From IMG/VR virus record IMGVR_UViG_3300021960_000026: a stretch of 61,077 nt of DNA. One strand, given 5' to 3'. Shown in pieces: positions 7,806 to 19,000 of this stretch (within the stretch, counting starts at the first letter, position 1; every line of letters starts with the position of its first letter). The notes below the pieces were generated by a model. It was not told the DNA's origin, searched no databases, and saw only the letters and a program-made list of their open reading frames with translations. The stretch is from an uncultured virus (IMG/VR IMGVR_UViG_3300021960_000026). Its lineage: Duplodnaviria; Heunggongvirae; Uroviricota; Caudoviricetes. The translations under genes were made by a program, and so were the position numbers.

Positions 7806-10370
7806 ATGAATGCTGAATTCGTAGAAAGAAGAATACAGAGCAATGGTAACACAACCAATGTTAACATTGATAGATCCCAGCCTTACGTTGACAAGATAGT
7901 ATTTGGCCAAAAGACTCGTATTTACGGAACACAGGAACAGTTAGATAGATATCAAAACAAAAAGCCAGACGGAACTATACAACAGTATGTTGCAGCAGAC
8001 ACGGCCGTCACAAAGGCGTTTGCCTTTATAACACAGAAAAAAGAAGGCGCCACAACAAAGGTAGATGCAGAACCTGGCACACAAGAATACAAAAAAGAAA
8101 CGGTAAACACAACTTCCGAGGAAACATTACCTGCAAACGGAGGATACAATCTAAAGAATGTTGTTTCGAATCCCCTTTCAGGATTTGCTACTTACAATTC
8201 TCTTTGGACAATGGCGGTACTAACTCCTAAACAGTTTAATAATCCAAGCCTTTACAGACTGGCAACCGGATTAAGTTTTGCCGCACAGAGCTATGATGTT
8301 AAAACAAAATTTGTTGATGATGATGGAGGATTTGAGGGAACAAAAACAACCAGTCTATCATCAGGGATTATATTTTCTTCCGGGGGTAGAGATTTCGAGA
8401 AGGACGGAAAGTCTTCTAGGGTAGCAACCGAATATGGCACTCCAGAATATTTTGTAGACAACTTTGAGATGACAGCAGTGATTGCTGCAAATCCAAAGAC
8501 AGGAAATCAGAACGCAGTTAGTTTTACGTTTACCGTTAGAGAACCATTCAGCATGGGTTTGTTCCTGCAAAGCATGCAAGTAGCAGCGATCAAGGCAGGA
8601 TATGTAAACTATCTAGATTCTCCCTTCCTCTTAAAACTTGATGTGATTGGTTTTGATGAAGACGGCACGATAAAGAAATCTATCAAGCCTAAGTATTTTA
8701 TTTTAAAACTTAAAAAGGTTACTTTTAATGTCGATGAGTCGGGTAGTAACTATAATGTTGAAGCCTATCCATATAATCATCAGGGGTTTGCAGATACTGT
8801 GGACACGGCATGGACTGACATTAATATTCAAGGCACCGGAGACTTCAGAGGAGAAGCAGCATTTAATAATGATGCTGATAGAAATACCGTAAAGGATGTA
8901 TTGGCAACGGGTGCAAAGAGTCTTGTAAAACTCCTAAACGATAACGAACAAAAACTTGTTCAGGAAGGAAAATACAAGATTCCTGATGTTTATGAAATAC
9001 ACTTTCCTGAAGTTGCCAGCAAGCGATACACAGAACAAACAGCAGATGACGTTGCTGATGATGCCGGAGCAACAGCAGATCCAAACGGCAAAGGCAAGCA
9101 AACTGTGGGCGGCAGTGATGTACAAACGACAACAAATAAAAATATCGGTAACAATGCTATTGCTAAATCCGGATTTGGGTTTGGTATAGGCAAAGGCGGA
9201 AACTTTCCTTTCAAGGATGATAAGGAAGTTGCTGATGAAAAAACTGGCAGAATAAAAAGAGGAGCCATGGAAGTTCACGAAGGAAACAGATCCTTTCACT
9301 TCACACAGGCTCAGAAACTAACAGACATTATCACCCAGGTGATCATGAGTTCAACATTTGCAAAACAGGCGACACAGAAATCAACTAAAGCAGACGGAAT
9401 GATTGATTGGTTTAAGATTGACGTGCAGGTTGAATTTCTAGAGTATGATGACTTGATAGGTGATTATGCAAAGAAATTTATCTACAGGGTAGTTCCTTTC
9501 AAGGTCCATTCTAGTATCTTTGGTAACCCCAATTCAATTCCGGTGGGAATAACTGAAATAGAAAAAACTATCGTTAAGAGATATGATTACATATATACCG
9601 GATTAAACACAGAAGTTTTAAACTTTGAAATTAAAATAGACTACTTGTTTTATACCGGTGGTGCACCTGCGACAGAAGCAAAAACCAAAAACGAACAAGC
9701 ACCGGATCAAAAGGGTGTTGCTGAAGATCCAGCAAAGAAAACCACAACCGGCGAGGGTAATGAAAAGAAAGCGCAGACTGCGTTTCTTGGCAAATCTAAA
9801 ATTAAGAAAACCCCAGACCAGTTTACTCTAATGAAGGGCGGTGCAGGATCAACCGACGTTGAACAAAAAGTTGCCGAAGCATTTCAAAATGCATTCATTA
9901 ATGTAACATCTGCGGATTTGGTCAAGGTAGAATTAGAAATTATGGGAGATACGTATTGGTTAGTTGATAGTGGATTTTCAAATTACTTTGCAAAGGAATC
10001 AGAAAAATCTCCATTAATAACTGATGATGGAACGGCAAACTACGAAGGACAGGATGTATACATTTTTATAACATTTAGAACTCCTGCTGACGTTAATCAA
10101 AGAACTGGTAATTTTGAATTTAATAAAGACAAGGTTAGTCCGTTCACAGGAATCTATAGAGTTGTTAAGTGTGTAAGCAAATTTGCAGACGGACAATTTA
10201 GACAGACACTAACCTGCGTTAGATTACAAGCACAGCCTAGCGACTTTGATAGCAAACTTAAAACAGACAAAACGACTAACAAAACTGTGGAAGTCGGCGG
10301 AGAAACTAAACCACCAACTAATACTTCAGAGGCAACAAACTATGATTTTGAGGATGATTTTTATATCTAA
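7806..10370 (+). CDS. Baseplate hub-like structural protein
   Basis: Between gp53 and gp5; C-terminal LEIMGD...FTGIYRVVKCVSKF..GQFRQTL typical of hub proteins. Confidence 0.55.
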   Translation: MNAEFVERRIQSNGNTTNVNIDRSQPYVDKIVFGQKTRIYGTQEQLDRYQNKKPDGTIQQYVAADTAVTKAFAFITQKKEGATTKVDAEPGTQEYKKETVNTTSEETLPANGGYNLKNVVSNPLSGFATYNSLWTMAVLTPKQFNNPSLYRLATGLSFAAQSYDVKTKFVDDDGGFEGTKTTSLSSGIIFSSGGRDFEKDGKSSRVATEYGTPEYFVDNFEMTAVIAANPKTGNQNAVSFTFTVREPFSMGLFLQSMQVAAIKAGYVNYLDSPFLLKLDVIGFDEDGTIKKSIKPKYFILKLKKVTFNVDESGSNYNVEAYPYNHQGFADTVDTAWTDINIQGTGDFRGEAAFNNDADRNTVKDVLATGAKSLVKLLNDNEQKLVQEGKYKIPDVYEIHFPEVASKRYTEQTADDVADDAGATADPNGKGKQTVGGSDVQTTTNKNIGNNAIAKSGFGFGIGKGGNFPFKDDKEVADEKTGRIKRGAMEVHEGNRSFHFTQAQKLTDIITQVIMSSTFAKQATQKSTKADGMIDWFKIDVQVEFLEYDDLIGDYAKKFIYRVVPFKVHSSIFGNPNSIPVGITEIEKTIVKRYDYIYTGLNTEVLNFEIKIDYLFYTGGAPATEAKTKNEQAPDQKGVAEDPAKKTTTGEGNEKKAQTAFLGKSKIKKTPDQFTLMKGGAGSTDVEQKVAEAFQNAFINVTSADLVKVELEIMGDTYWLVDSGFSNYFAKESEKSPLITDDGTANYEGQDVYIFITFRTPADVNQRTGNFEFNKDKVSPFTGIYRVVKCVSKFADGQFRQTLTCVRLQAQPSDFDSKLKTDKTTNKTVEVGGETKPPTNTSEATNYDFEDDFYI

Positions 10371-10382
10371 GGATAATAATTA

Positions 10383-12185
10383 ATGGCAATACAAAGAAGA
10401 GCACCGGCAAGAGAAGCCTACAGCAAGGGGCTGGGTGCTGGTGTACACATGGCCAGAGTAGTAAGCGTTATGGATCCTACCTTTAATGGTAGGCTGAGAG
10501 TAACACTGCTCAAGGATCAGGGTAACGATATGGGAGATGATAATCAAACCTATATCCTAAACTATGCTTCTCCTTTCTTTGGTTACACTCCTTTTGAGGC
10601 AATGGGCAAGAATAACAATGATTTTAACGACACGCAAAAATCCTACGGAATGTGGTTTGTTCCACCTGATGTCGGAGTCACGGTCTTGTGTGCATTCGTT
10701 GATGGCGATCCATCGGAAGGATACTGGTTTGCTTGTTTACCTCCTTCTTTTGCCAATCATATGGTTCCTGCTATTGCCGGAACTGAGCAAGTAGATTTAA
10801 CGGCCGCAGATGCAGACAAGTACGATACTGATAGAGCATTGCCAACTGGAGAAATTAATAAAAGGAAAAATGCGGACGAACCCGAAAAAAATCCTGAAAA
10901 AATAAAAAAGCCCGTGCATCCTATTGCGGATAGATTTTTAGAACAAGGAACTCTAGAAGACGATGTGCGAGGAACAGTAACATCCACCGGCCGCCGCCAA
11001 ACGCCTAATTCAGTTTTTGGAATTTCAACTCCTGGTCCCCTTGATTGGAGAGACGGATCCAAGAGAATGAATACAGGACCGTCACAAAATCAATCCTTAA
11101 CAGGAGTTGCAGTTAGTAGGCTAGGCGGAACACAGTTTGTGATTGATGACGGCGATGATCGCTATGTGAGAAATACAGACGCAGGTACAGGACCTGTAAA
11201 ATATATTGACGTCATTAACGGAGAGGATGCAGTCACCGGAGAAAAGACCAATTCCAAAGGACGTCCAGACATTCCGTATAATGAATACACAAGAATTAGA
11301 ACCAGAACCGGTCACCAACTATTGCTGCACAATTCAGAAGATTTAATTTACATTGGGAATAGTAAAGGCACTGCTTGGGTTGAACTAACCTCCAATGGTA
11401 AGATAGATATCTATGCTGCAGATAGTATTAGTATTCATACAGAAAATGATTTGAATATCAAGGCGGACAGAGACGTTAACATTGAAGCCGGTCGAAATAT
11501 CAATATGAAGGCAACGGCAGAATATGTTTCTCCGGATACACTTCATAGAAGAGATGATGACGGTAATCCTATTCCTAAGATACAGGATGGTGCAACATTT
11601 GAAGCGGGTAGAATACAAATCGAAAGTGCATTTAACACAAACATATTGATAGGCGCTAATGGTAGAATAGAAACTAGAAATTATGAAAATGCCGAAGGTG
11701 TTCCTACTGACGGTGACTTGGATATCAGCATAATTGGTAGCACAAGATTTTCTACAGGTTATGGAGTTGTTGCTCCGCATGATTACGAAGTAAAAGTTTT
11801 TGGAGACACGCTAATTAAAACCACTGGCAATTTAGATCTTAACACAGATGGAAATAATGCTTACACTGCTGGCGGAACAACAGACATTCTAAGCGGAGGC
11901 AATCATACAGAAACTGCTTCGCAGATACACATGAACGGCCCACAGGCAAGACAGGCAGAAGAAGCAGTTATAGCAAATACCATTACAGATCTGCATCTAC
12001 ATACTAATCTGTTTACAAACCCAGACAAGGGTTGGCCTAAACTTAGATATTTAGACGGAAAAATTAAGTCAATAATGAAGAGAGTTCCTATGCACGAACC
12101 TTGGGCATTGCATGAAAATAATTCTCCTGCGTTACAGGGTACTTCGTTTACCGATAGGGAACTAGAAGAAGGAGACGAGGAATAA
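10383..12185 (+). CDS. gp5: Baseplate central spike (gp5/VgrG-like), no lysozyme domain visible
   Basis: OB-fold DP..NGRLRV...GMWFVPPDVG, RTRTGHQ, beta-helix repeats, His-rich tip HEPW..HE. Confidence 0.8.
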   Translation: MAIQRRAPAREAYSKGLGAGVHMARVVSVMDPTFNGRLRVTLLKDQGNDMGDDNQTYILNYASPFFGYTPFEAMGKNNNDFNDTQKSYGMWFVPPDVGVTVLCAFVDGDPSEGYWFACLPPSFANHMVPAIAGTEQVDLTAADADKYDTDRALPTGEINKRKNADEPEKNPEKIKKPVHPIADRFLEQGTLEDDVRGTVTSTGRRQTPNSVFGISTPGPLDWRDGSKRMNTGPSQNQSLTGVAVSRLGGTQFVIDDGDDRYVRNTDAGTGPVKYIDVINGEDAVTGEKTNSKGRPDIPYNEYTRIRTRTGHQLLLHNSEDLIYIGNSKGTAWVELTSNGKIDIYAADSISIHTENDLNIKADRDVNIEAGRNINMKATAEYVSPDTLHRRDDDGNPIPKIQDGATFEAGRIQIESAFNTNILIGANGRIETRNYENAEGVPTDGDLDISIIGSTRFSTGYGVVAPHDYEVKVFGDTLIKTTGNLDLNTDGNNAYTAGGTTDILSGGNHTETASQIHMNGPQARQAEEAVIANTITDLHLHTNLFTNPDKGWPKLRYLDGKIKSIMKRVPMHEPWALHENNSPALQGTSFTDRELEEGDEE

Positions 12186-12186
12186 T

Positions 12187-12624
12187 ATGAAGAAGATATA
12201 CAATCAAAAATCAGTGGCAGTTAACAAGGCGTCTGTTGGTGATTCTAACAGCGGAGCATTTACATACAAAGGATTTAACTCTAAAAACAAGGAAAAGGGG
12301 TTCAAACTGTACGACATAGATTTGGTCAAGCAGGATATAATAAACCATTTCTATATTAGAAAGGGTGAAAAGTTAGAAAATCCTAACTTTGGAACTGTTA
12401 TATGGGACATGATATTTGAACAGTTTACTCCTGAAGTTAAAAATATAATAGCAAAAGACGTAGAAACTATTATAAACTACGATCCTAGGGTAGTGGTGCA
12501 ATCAGTAAGTGTTGACAGCACAGAACAGGGTATGAGGGTTGAAGCAGACCTAGTTTATATACCGTTTAACATTAACGAAAGGATGACCTTTGACTTTGAC
12601 AGAAATAGTTCGGTAATAAACTAA
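12187..12624 (+). CDS. gp25: Baseplate wedge subunit gp25-like
   Basis: RKGEKLENPNFGT...YDPRV motif. Confidence 0.88.
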   Translation: MKKIYNQKSVAVNKASVGDSNSGAFTYKGFNSKNKEKGFKLYDIDLVKQDIINHFYIRKGEKLENPNFGTVIWDMIFEQFTPEVKNIIAKDVETIINYDPRVVVQSVSVDSTEQGMRVEADLVYIPFNINERMTFDFDRNSSVIN

Positions 12625-12667
12625 GCAGTTAATTAAATGGGCTAAATATTACAATAGGAAATAGCAA

Positions 12668-15600
12668 ATGAGCACCACATCAAGACAGAATAACTTAATA
12701 CTAAACGAAGACTGGAAACGAATCTATCAGACGTTTAAGAATGCGGATTTCAAGTCATATGACTTTGAAAACATCCGCAGGGTGATCATTACCTATCTCC
12801 GAGAGAATTATCCGGAAGATTTTAACGATTACATTGAGAGTTCGGAATATCTTGCTCTAATTGATGCAATGGCTTTTCTTGGACAGAGCCTAAGTTTCCG
12901 TCTTGATCTTGCTTCAAGAGAAAACTTTATTGAACTAGCAGAAAGAAAAGAAAGCGTTCTAAGAATTGCAAGAATGCTAGGATATAATGCCAAGCGAAAT
13001 CAAGGAGCATCTGGACTATTAAAATTTAATTCAGTTACCACAACAGAAAATATTATAGATAGCAACGGAAGAAACCTAGCCCAACAAACTGTAAGATGGA
13101 ACGATCCTACGAATACTAACTGGGCTGAACAGTTTATTTTAATTCTAAATACAGCCATGTCTGAAAACACAGAATTTGGTAGAAGCCAAGGTAGTGAGAC
13201 CATACAAGGAATTCCCACAGAACAGTATCGTTTTAGATCAACAACCACTGACGTTCCTTTGTACACATACACTAAGTCCGTTGCTGGTAGAAACATGACT
13301 TTTGAAGTTGTTAGTACTTCCTTCAAGGACGCTGAAGAAATTTATGAAGAAGCACCGACACCCGGCAATCAACTAGGATTTGTTTATAGACAAGACGGCA
13401 AAGGTCCTGGAAGTGCCAACACTGGATTTTACATGATGTTCAAACAAGGAAGTTTGGAACTTGCAGATTTTAGTATTGCTACTCCCACAACCAACGAGTC
13501 TGTGTCAGTCGAAAGCAGTAACATCAACAACGACGATGTTTGGCTATTCGGATTAAACAGCGCAGGCGGCCAAACAACTCAATGGACGCAAGTAAGTAAT
13601 CTGGTTGGAAACAATATTGCATACAATTCAATCCTTGGAAACATAAGAAACATTTACTCAGTTTCAACACAGCAGAATGATAGAATTAATTTGTTATTTG
13701 CTGACGGAGTTTACGGAAACCTACCACAAGGAAGTTTTAGAGTTTACTATAGAGTAAGCAATGGTTTAGAATATTCTATCTCGCCTACGGAAATGAGAGG
13801 AATATCAATCGATGTAAATTATATTAACAGTGCTGGAGTTGGTCATACACTGACTATCAATCTAGGATTACAGTACACAGTTAATAATGCATCAGCAACA
13901 GAATCAACAGATAATATTAGAACTAATGCTCCTGCACTTTATTATACGCAGAATAGAATGATCACTGGAGAGGATTATAATCTTGCTCCTTTAGGCAGTT
14001 CACAAAATGTTTTAAAAGTAAAAGCAATTAACAGAACTTCAAGTGGTATTAGCAGAAATTTTGATATCATTGATGCAAGTGGAAAGTATAGTGCGGTTAA
14101 TGTTTTTGCAGATGATGGATACATTTATAAAAATGAAAACGAAAGAATTCTTAATTTTAAGTATACCAGCAAGACAGATATTATTAATTTTATAAGAAAT
14201 AATATTGAAGGAAGTTTCTCAGATACCGATTTATATAATTTTTATCTAACAAAATTTGAAAGAGTATTGTTCAGTGAAACTACAACGGTCTGGGAAGCAA
14301 TAACAAATGATATTAACATCGGAACTGGTTATTTCAAGAATACTGTTGATAATGCATTGTTAAAGGTAGGAACTTATGCTACCAACACATTAAAATATCT
14401 AACAGTTGGAGCCAACATCAAATTTACAGCACCGTCAGGATATTCCTTTAAGAAAGGATTATTAGTTGCAACAAATTCCAGTGATATTGAACAGACTGAT
14501 TATATCTGGACAAAAGTAGTAAATGTTGTAGGAGATGGAACCAATGCAGGTAGAGGTGCATTAGATACAGGCCTTGGACCGATCACTTTTAATGAAAACG
14601 TGCCAAGTGGTTCTATAGCAACTAGCATTGTTCCTAAATTTGTGAATGATCTAAGCACAGCACTAGAAACTGAAATGACTAATTTAATATTTGCTGGATT
14701 AAATTTTGGTTTAAGATATGACACTGCGAATGCTGAATGGAAAATTATTCAAAGCCAAAACTTAGATACAACAAATAATTTTAGTCTAGGTAAGGCCGGA
14801 GATACAACCAGCGAAAATTTAGACTCTTCGTGGTTAATGGCATTCATCAAAGACAATGATCAATATATTGTTAGACTTAGAGTGCTTGATTATATTTTTG
14901 GTAGTCTATCTCAGAATAGATTTTACTTTGATAAGAATGAAAGAGCCTATAATAATGTCACAGGCAAACTTATTAAAGATACAGTAAAAGTTTTGAATAT
15001 TAATTCAACTATCAAATCTGCACAAAGTTTAAACAGAGATTATGATTTTGAAATTTCAGATACGATCGAATTTGATGATGGATACGAAAGTACTAAGGAA
15101 ATTAAAGTAGGATTTAGTGATTCTGATAGTGACGGAGTTGTGGATGACCCTGATGCTTTTATAAAAGTAGCAGGTGAAGACGTAGATCAAAATTATCTAT
15201 TTTTCCAAAGTACTGTAGATTCTTACGGAACAACAGTGTTTAATTTATTTGATAACTCTAACAACACTATACTGATTGCAGAAAAAGAAACACTAATCAA
15301 TGTAAACGATTATAATGATGGACAACTAATTTACTTTACTGATATTTCGGAGAATAGAGTTAAGAAAGTGGACAGAACAACAAACACACTGGTATTGCAG
15401 AGTAACTATAGAGCAAACATTGGAAGAAGAGACATTAAATTCCAATACACTCATGCGGCAAGCGAGGATAGAAGAATAGATCCTAGCGTTACAAATATTG
15501 TTGATCTGTATCTATTAACTAAAAATTATGATACAGATTTTAGAAATTATCTTGCTGGAGCAATTGCTGAACCAGCAGCACCGACAACTGATGCTTTAAG

Positions 15601-16066
15601 AATTGAATTTGGTTCAACATTAAACAGCATCAAGTCCATAAGCGATGAAATTGTTTTTCATCCAGTAAAATATAAAGTGTTGTTTGGTCAAACAGCAACA
15701 CCAAAATTACAGGCACAATTTAAGGTTGTTAAGAACCCAGGTAAGACTATTAATAATAATAATTTAAAGGTAAGAATTGTTAATGCAATTAATGCTTTCT
15801 TTGATATTAATAATTGGGACTTTGGGGATAGATTTTATCTAAGTGAACTAACAACATTTGTAATTAATACTGTTTCTCCGGATGTCACTAATTTTGTTAT
15901 ATTGCCGAGACAACAAGATCAAGGATTCGGAAGTTTATTTGAAATCCAAGGAAAGCCAGACGAAATTTTTGTAAGCGGTGCGACAGTTGATGATATTGAA
16001 ATTGTATCTAGTATTACCGCTGCTGAAATTAATGTTGGCTCAGGCACAGTAGTGAGTAATACCTAA
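12668..16066 (+). CDS. gp6: Baseplate wedge subunit gp6-like (extended)
   Basis: DFENIR...DYIESS...ENFIELA...ARMLGY and ES..NIRTNAP..YYTQNRMIT.EDY; follows gp25; CTAAATA upstream at 12642. Confidence 0.82.
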   Translation: MSTTSRQNNLILNEDWKRIYQTFKNADFKSYDFENIRRVIITYLRENYPEDFNDYIESSEYLALIDAMAFLGQSLSFRLDLASRENFIELAERKESVLRIARMLGYNAKRNQGASGLLKFNSVTTTENIIDSNGRNLAQQTVRWNDPTNTNWAEQFILILNTAMSENTEFGRSQGSETIQGIPTEQYRFRSTTTDVPLYTYTKSVAGRNMTFEVVSTSFKDAEEIYEEAPTPGNQLGFVYRQDGKGPGSANTGFYMMFKQGSLELADFSIATPTTNESVSVESSNINNDDVWLFGLNSAGGQTTQWTQVSNLVGNNIAYNSILGNIRNIYSVSTQQNDRINLLFADGVYGNLPQGSFRVYYRVSNGLEYSISPTEMRGISIDVNYINSAGVGHTLTINLGLQYTVNNASATESTDNIRTNAPALYYTQNRMITGEDYNLAPLGSSQNVLKVKAINRTSSGISRNFDIIDASGKYSAVNVFADDGYIYKNENERILNFKYTSKTDIINFIRNNIEGSFSDTDLYNFYLTKFERVLFSETTTVWEAITNDINIGTGYFKNTVDNALLKVGTYATNTLKYLTVGANIKFTAPSGYSFKKGLLVATNSSDIEQTDYIWTKVVNVVGDGTNAGRGALDTGLGPITFNENVPSGSIATSIVPKFVNDLSTALETEMTNLIFAGLNFGLRYDTANAEWKIIQSQNLDTTNNFSLGKAGDTTSENLDSSWLMAFIKDNDQYIVRLRVLDYIFGSLSQNRFYFDKNERAYNNVTGKLIKDTVKVLNINSTIKSAQSLNRDYDFEISDTIEFDDGYESTKEIKVGFSDSDSDGVVDDPDAFIKVAGEDVDQNYLFFQSTVDSYGTTVFNLFDNSNNTILIAEKETLINVNDYNDGQLIYFTDISENRVKKVDRTTNTLVLQSNYRANIGRRDIKFQYTHAASEDRRIDPSVTNIVDLYLLTKNYDTDFRNYLAGAIAEPAAPTTDALRIEFGSTLNSIKSISDEIVFHPVKYKVLFGQTATPKLQAQFKVVKNPGKTINNNNLKVRIVNAINAFFDINNWDFGDRFYLSELTTFVINTVSPDVTNFVILPRQQDQGFGSLFEIQGKPDEIFVSGATVDDIEIVSSITAAEINVGSGTVVSNT

Positions 16067-19000
16067 TGGCTGATAAAAAATATCCTAAAAGTGATTTACC
16101 AATTAGAAAGTCGATAGACCTTCTACCGAATACCTTTAGAACAGATCCTAATAATAAATTTTTATCTGGTGTCGTTGATCCCTTTATTCAACCAGGCGCC
16201 TTAGATAAACTTTCTGGTTATGTTGGAAAGCGTTACGGAAAAACCTTTAATGGTAATGATGTTTATCTTGATACTGATCAAACACTAAGAAGTCGTTATC
16301 AACTGGAGCCAGGCGTTACAGTTGAAAAAGATCAAAACTTACAAAAGTTTTATGATTATCTAGATCTAAAGAACATGGTTAAGTTCTTTGGTAATGATAT
16401 TGACAGAGACGACAAGATAACATATCAAGAACATTATAGTTGGAATCCTCCCATCGATTGGGATAAGTTTATTAATTACAGTGAATACTATTGGATGCCT
16501 GCTGGTCCACCTTCGGTGTCAGTGCAAGGACAAACGCAATCGGTACAATCAACATATAAGGTTAATCAAGGAATAGGTTCGACCTGGCTATTCACACCAG
16601 ACGGCATAACAAATAATCCAACCATTACTTTATACAGAGGTCAGACTTATAAGTTTGATGTTAACTCTCCCGGAGAACCGTTTGTACTAAGAACTAATTA
16701 CGATACAGGATCACTCAATTATGATCCTCTTAAGACTTACTTTCCTGGAGACCTTGCAGTATATAATTCTCAGTTATGGAGAGCCAAACAGGAAATTTCA
16801 CCGCGTGATGGTAGTAGCATCGACATTGATTCTCAGGATTGGGAATTAATAGATAGTTCAGCATCTCTGGCTTCTTTAGTTTATAACCAAGGGGTTACAA
16901 ATAATTCTATAGAAGTTGGAACACTAACATTTAAAGTTCCTAACAATTCGCCTGATGTAATTTATTATCAGAGTGCAACTAATCCTAATAGATTAGGTAG
17001 ATTTATTATTGCTGATATTGATAGTAATACATTTATTGATGTTGAAAAGGATATTGTAGGAAAAAAATATTATACAAGTTCTAACGGTATTGAACTTTCT
17101 AACGGATTAGTATTAGAATTTAGAGGACAAGTACAGCCTGAAAAATATGCTTCGGATACTTGGTTAGTTGAAGGAGTGGGTAAAGAAATTAGATTAACAA
17201 GGTTTGCAGATTTAGTTCCTCCCGTTATTACATCTGATACTCCGGAAATACTTTTTGATAACCAAGGATTTGACACATTACCTTTTGATGATGCTCGCCA
17301 ATATCCTGGTCAGAAAGATTATATCACTATTAACAGAGCAAGCAAGGATTCAAATCCTTGGAGTCGTTACAATAGATGGTTCCACAGATCTGTATTAGAA
17401 TATTCATACAAAAATAGAGATAGTGATTTTGATGCTCCAGAAACAGCAAGGGCAAAAAGACCAATTATTGAATTCCATCCTGGAATACAACTTTATCAAC
17501 ACGGTACGGTTGCCAAGACAACTGTTGACTATGTTGACGATTATACAACTGATGTGTTTTCTACAATTGAAGGCAGCACAGGATATAGCGTTGATGGAGA
17601 GTTTCTATTTGAAGGAGCAAGAGTTCTAGTAACAGCAGATACTGACAGTCTTGCAAACAACAAGATTTATATTGTAAATTTTGTTATTCATAATGGTGTA
17701 AGACAAATTAATTTACGAGAAGCAAGCGATTCTGGATCAATACTTGATGAGTGTGTTCTTGTAAGGAGAGGAAAAAATAATACTGGTAACATGTTCTTCT
17801 TTAACGGAACAGCATGGAAACCTAGTCAAGAAAAGACAACAGTTAATCAACCACCATTGTTTAACATATTTGATGACAACGGTGTGAGTCTAGGCGATCA
17901 AGATACATATCCTGTTACTACATTTAAAGGAAACAAACTTGTTAGTTATAAAGTAGGTAACGGAACAGTAGACAAAGAATTAGGATTTGCCCTTTCGTAT
18001 CTTAACATTGATAATGTTGGCGACATTCGATTTGAATGGAATTTTGATATCGATTCAATCAGTTATACAGAAAATCAAAAAGTTTATTCAAAAAAAATAA
18101 ACACTTCTTATTTTAAAATTAATGGAAATTTAGATAACGGCTGGATATTAACAAATAAGAAATACCTTCAGCCAATAGTAGATTCCGTTATTGTCACAGA
18201 AGAAACATCTTCAGTTGTTTTTGATACTGTTGATTGGGAATTGTTAACTTCTGATATGGAAATTAATTTCTATCAAAATTCAGTTAAATTAGCAGATGAT
18301 TCATATTCAAGAGATCAACAAAAATTTACTTTTAATAAAACATTTTTAGTTAATGATGTAATTACTGTTAAGGTTGTCGGAGAGATAGAACCCGTTGGAG
18401 GATATTATGAAATACCAGTTGGGCTTGAAAAGAATCCGTTAAACGCAGTATTAACTTCTTTTACACTAGGTCAAGCAACCGACCACATTAGAACTTCTCT
18501 AGAGTTTGATGACAGATTTACTGGATCATTACCTGGTGCAAATAATTTAAGAGATATTTCAGATTTCCAACAAAATTCGAAAAGATTCTTAAAGCATAGT
18601 GGAATTGCTGCATCAGCAGTAGCGATGATTTGTGATAGACAAATTAACTTAATTAAATCATTACAATTTGCTAAGAAGCAGTATTCTGTGTTCAAAGAAA
18701 ATTTCTTAAAGAAAGCAACAGAAATACAGTTTACCAATGATGATCCTTCTAGCCAAGTAGATCAAATTATTGAAAACCTTACAAAAACAAAAACTATTAA
18801 CAGTCCTTTCTCTGACTCAGACATGGTTGGTACTGGTGCATATAATCTTTTAACTTACACAGTTGAAGATATAGGAATTAAAACTTTTACTCTTAGTGAA
18901 AAATTTGATTTGAAGACACTAAGCAGACGTGCAGTTTACATTTATAAAAATAATTCACAATTATTGAATGGCAGAGATTATGTCTTTGATTCAACGTTTG

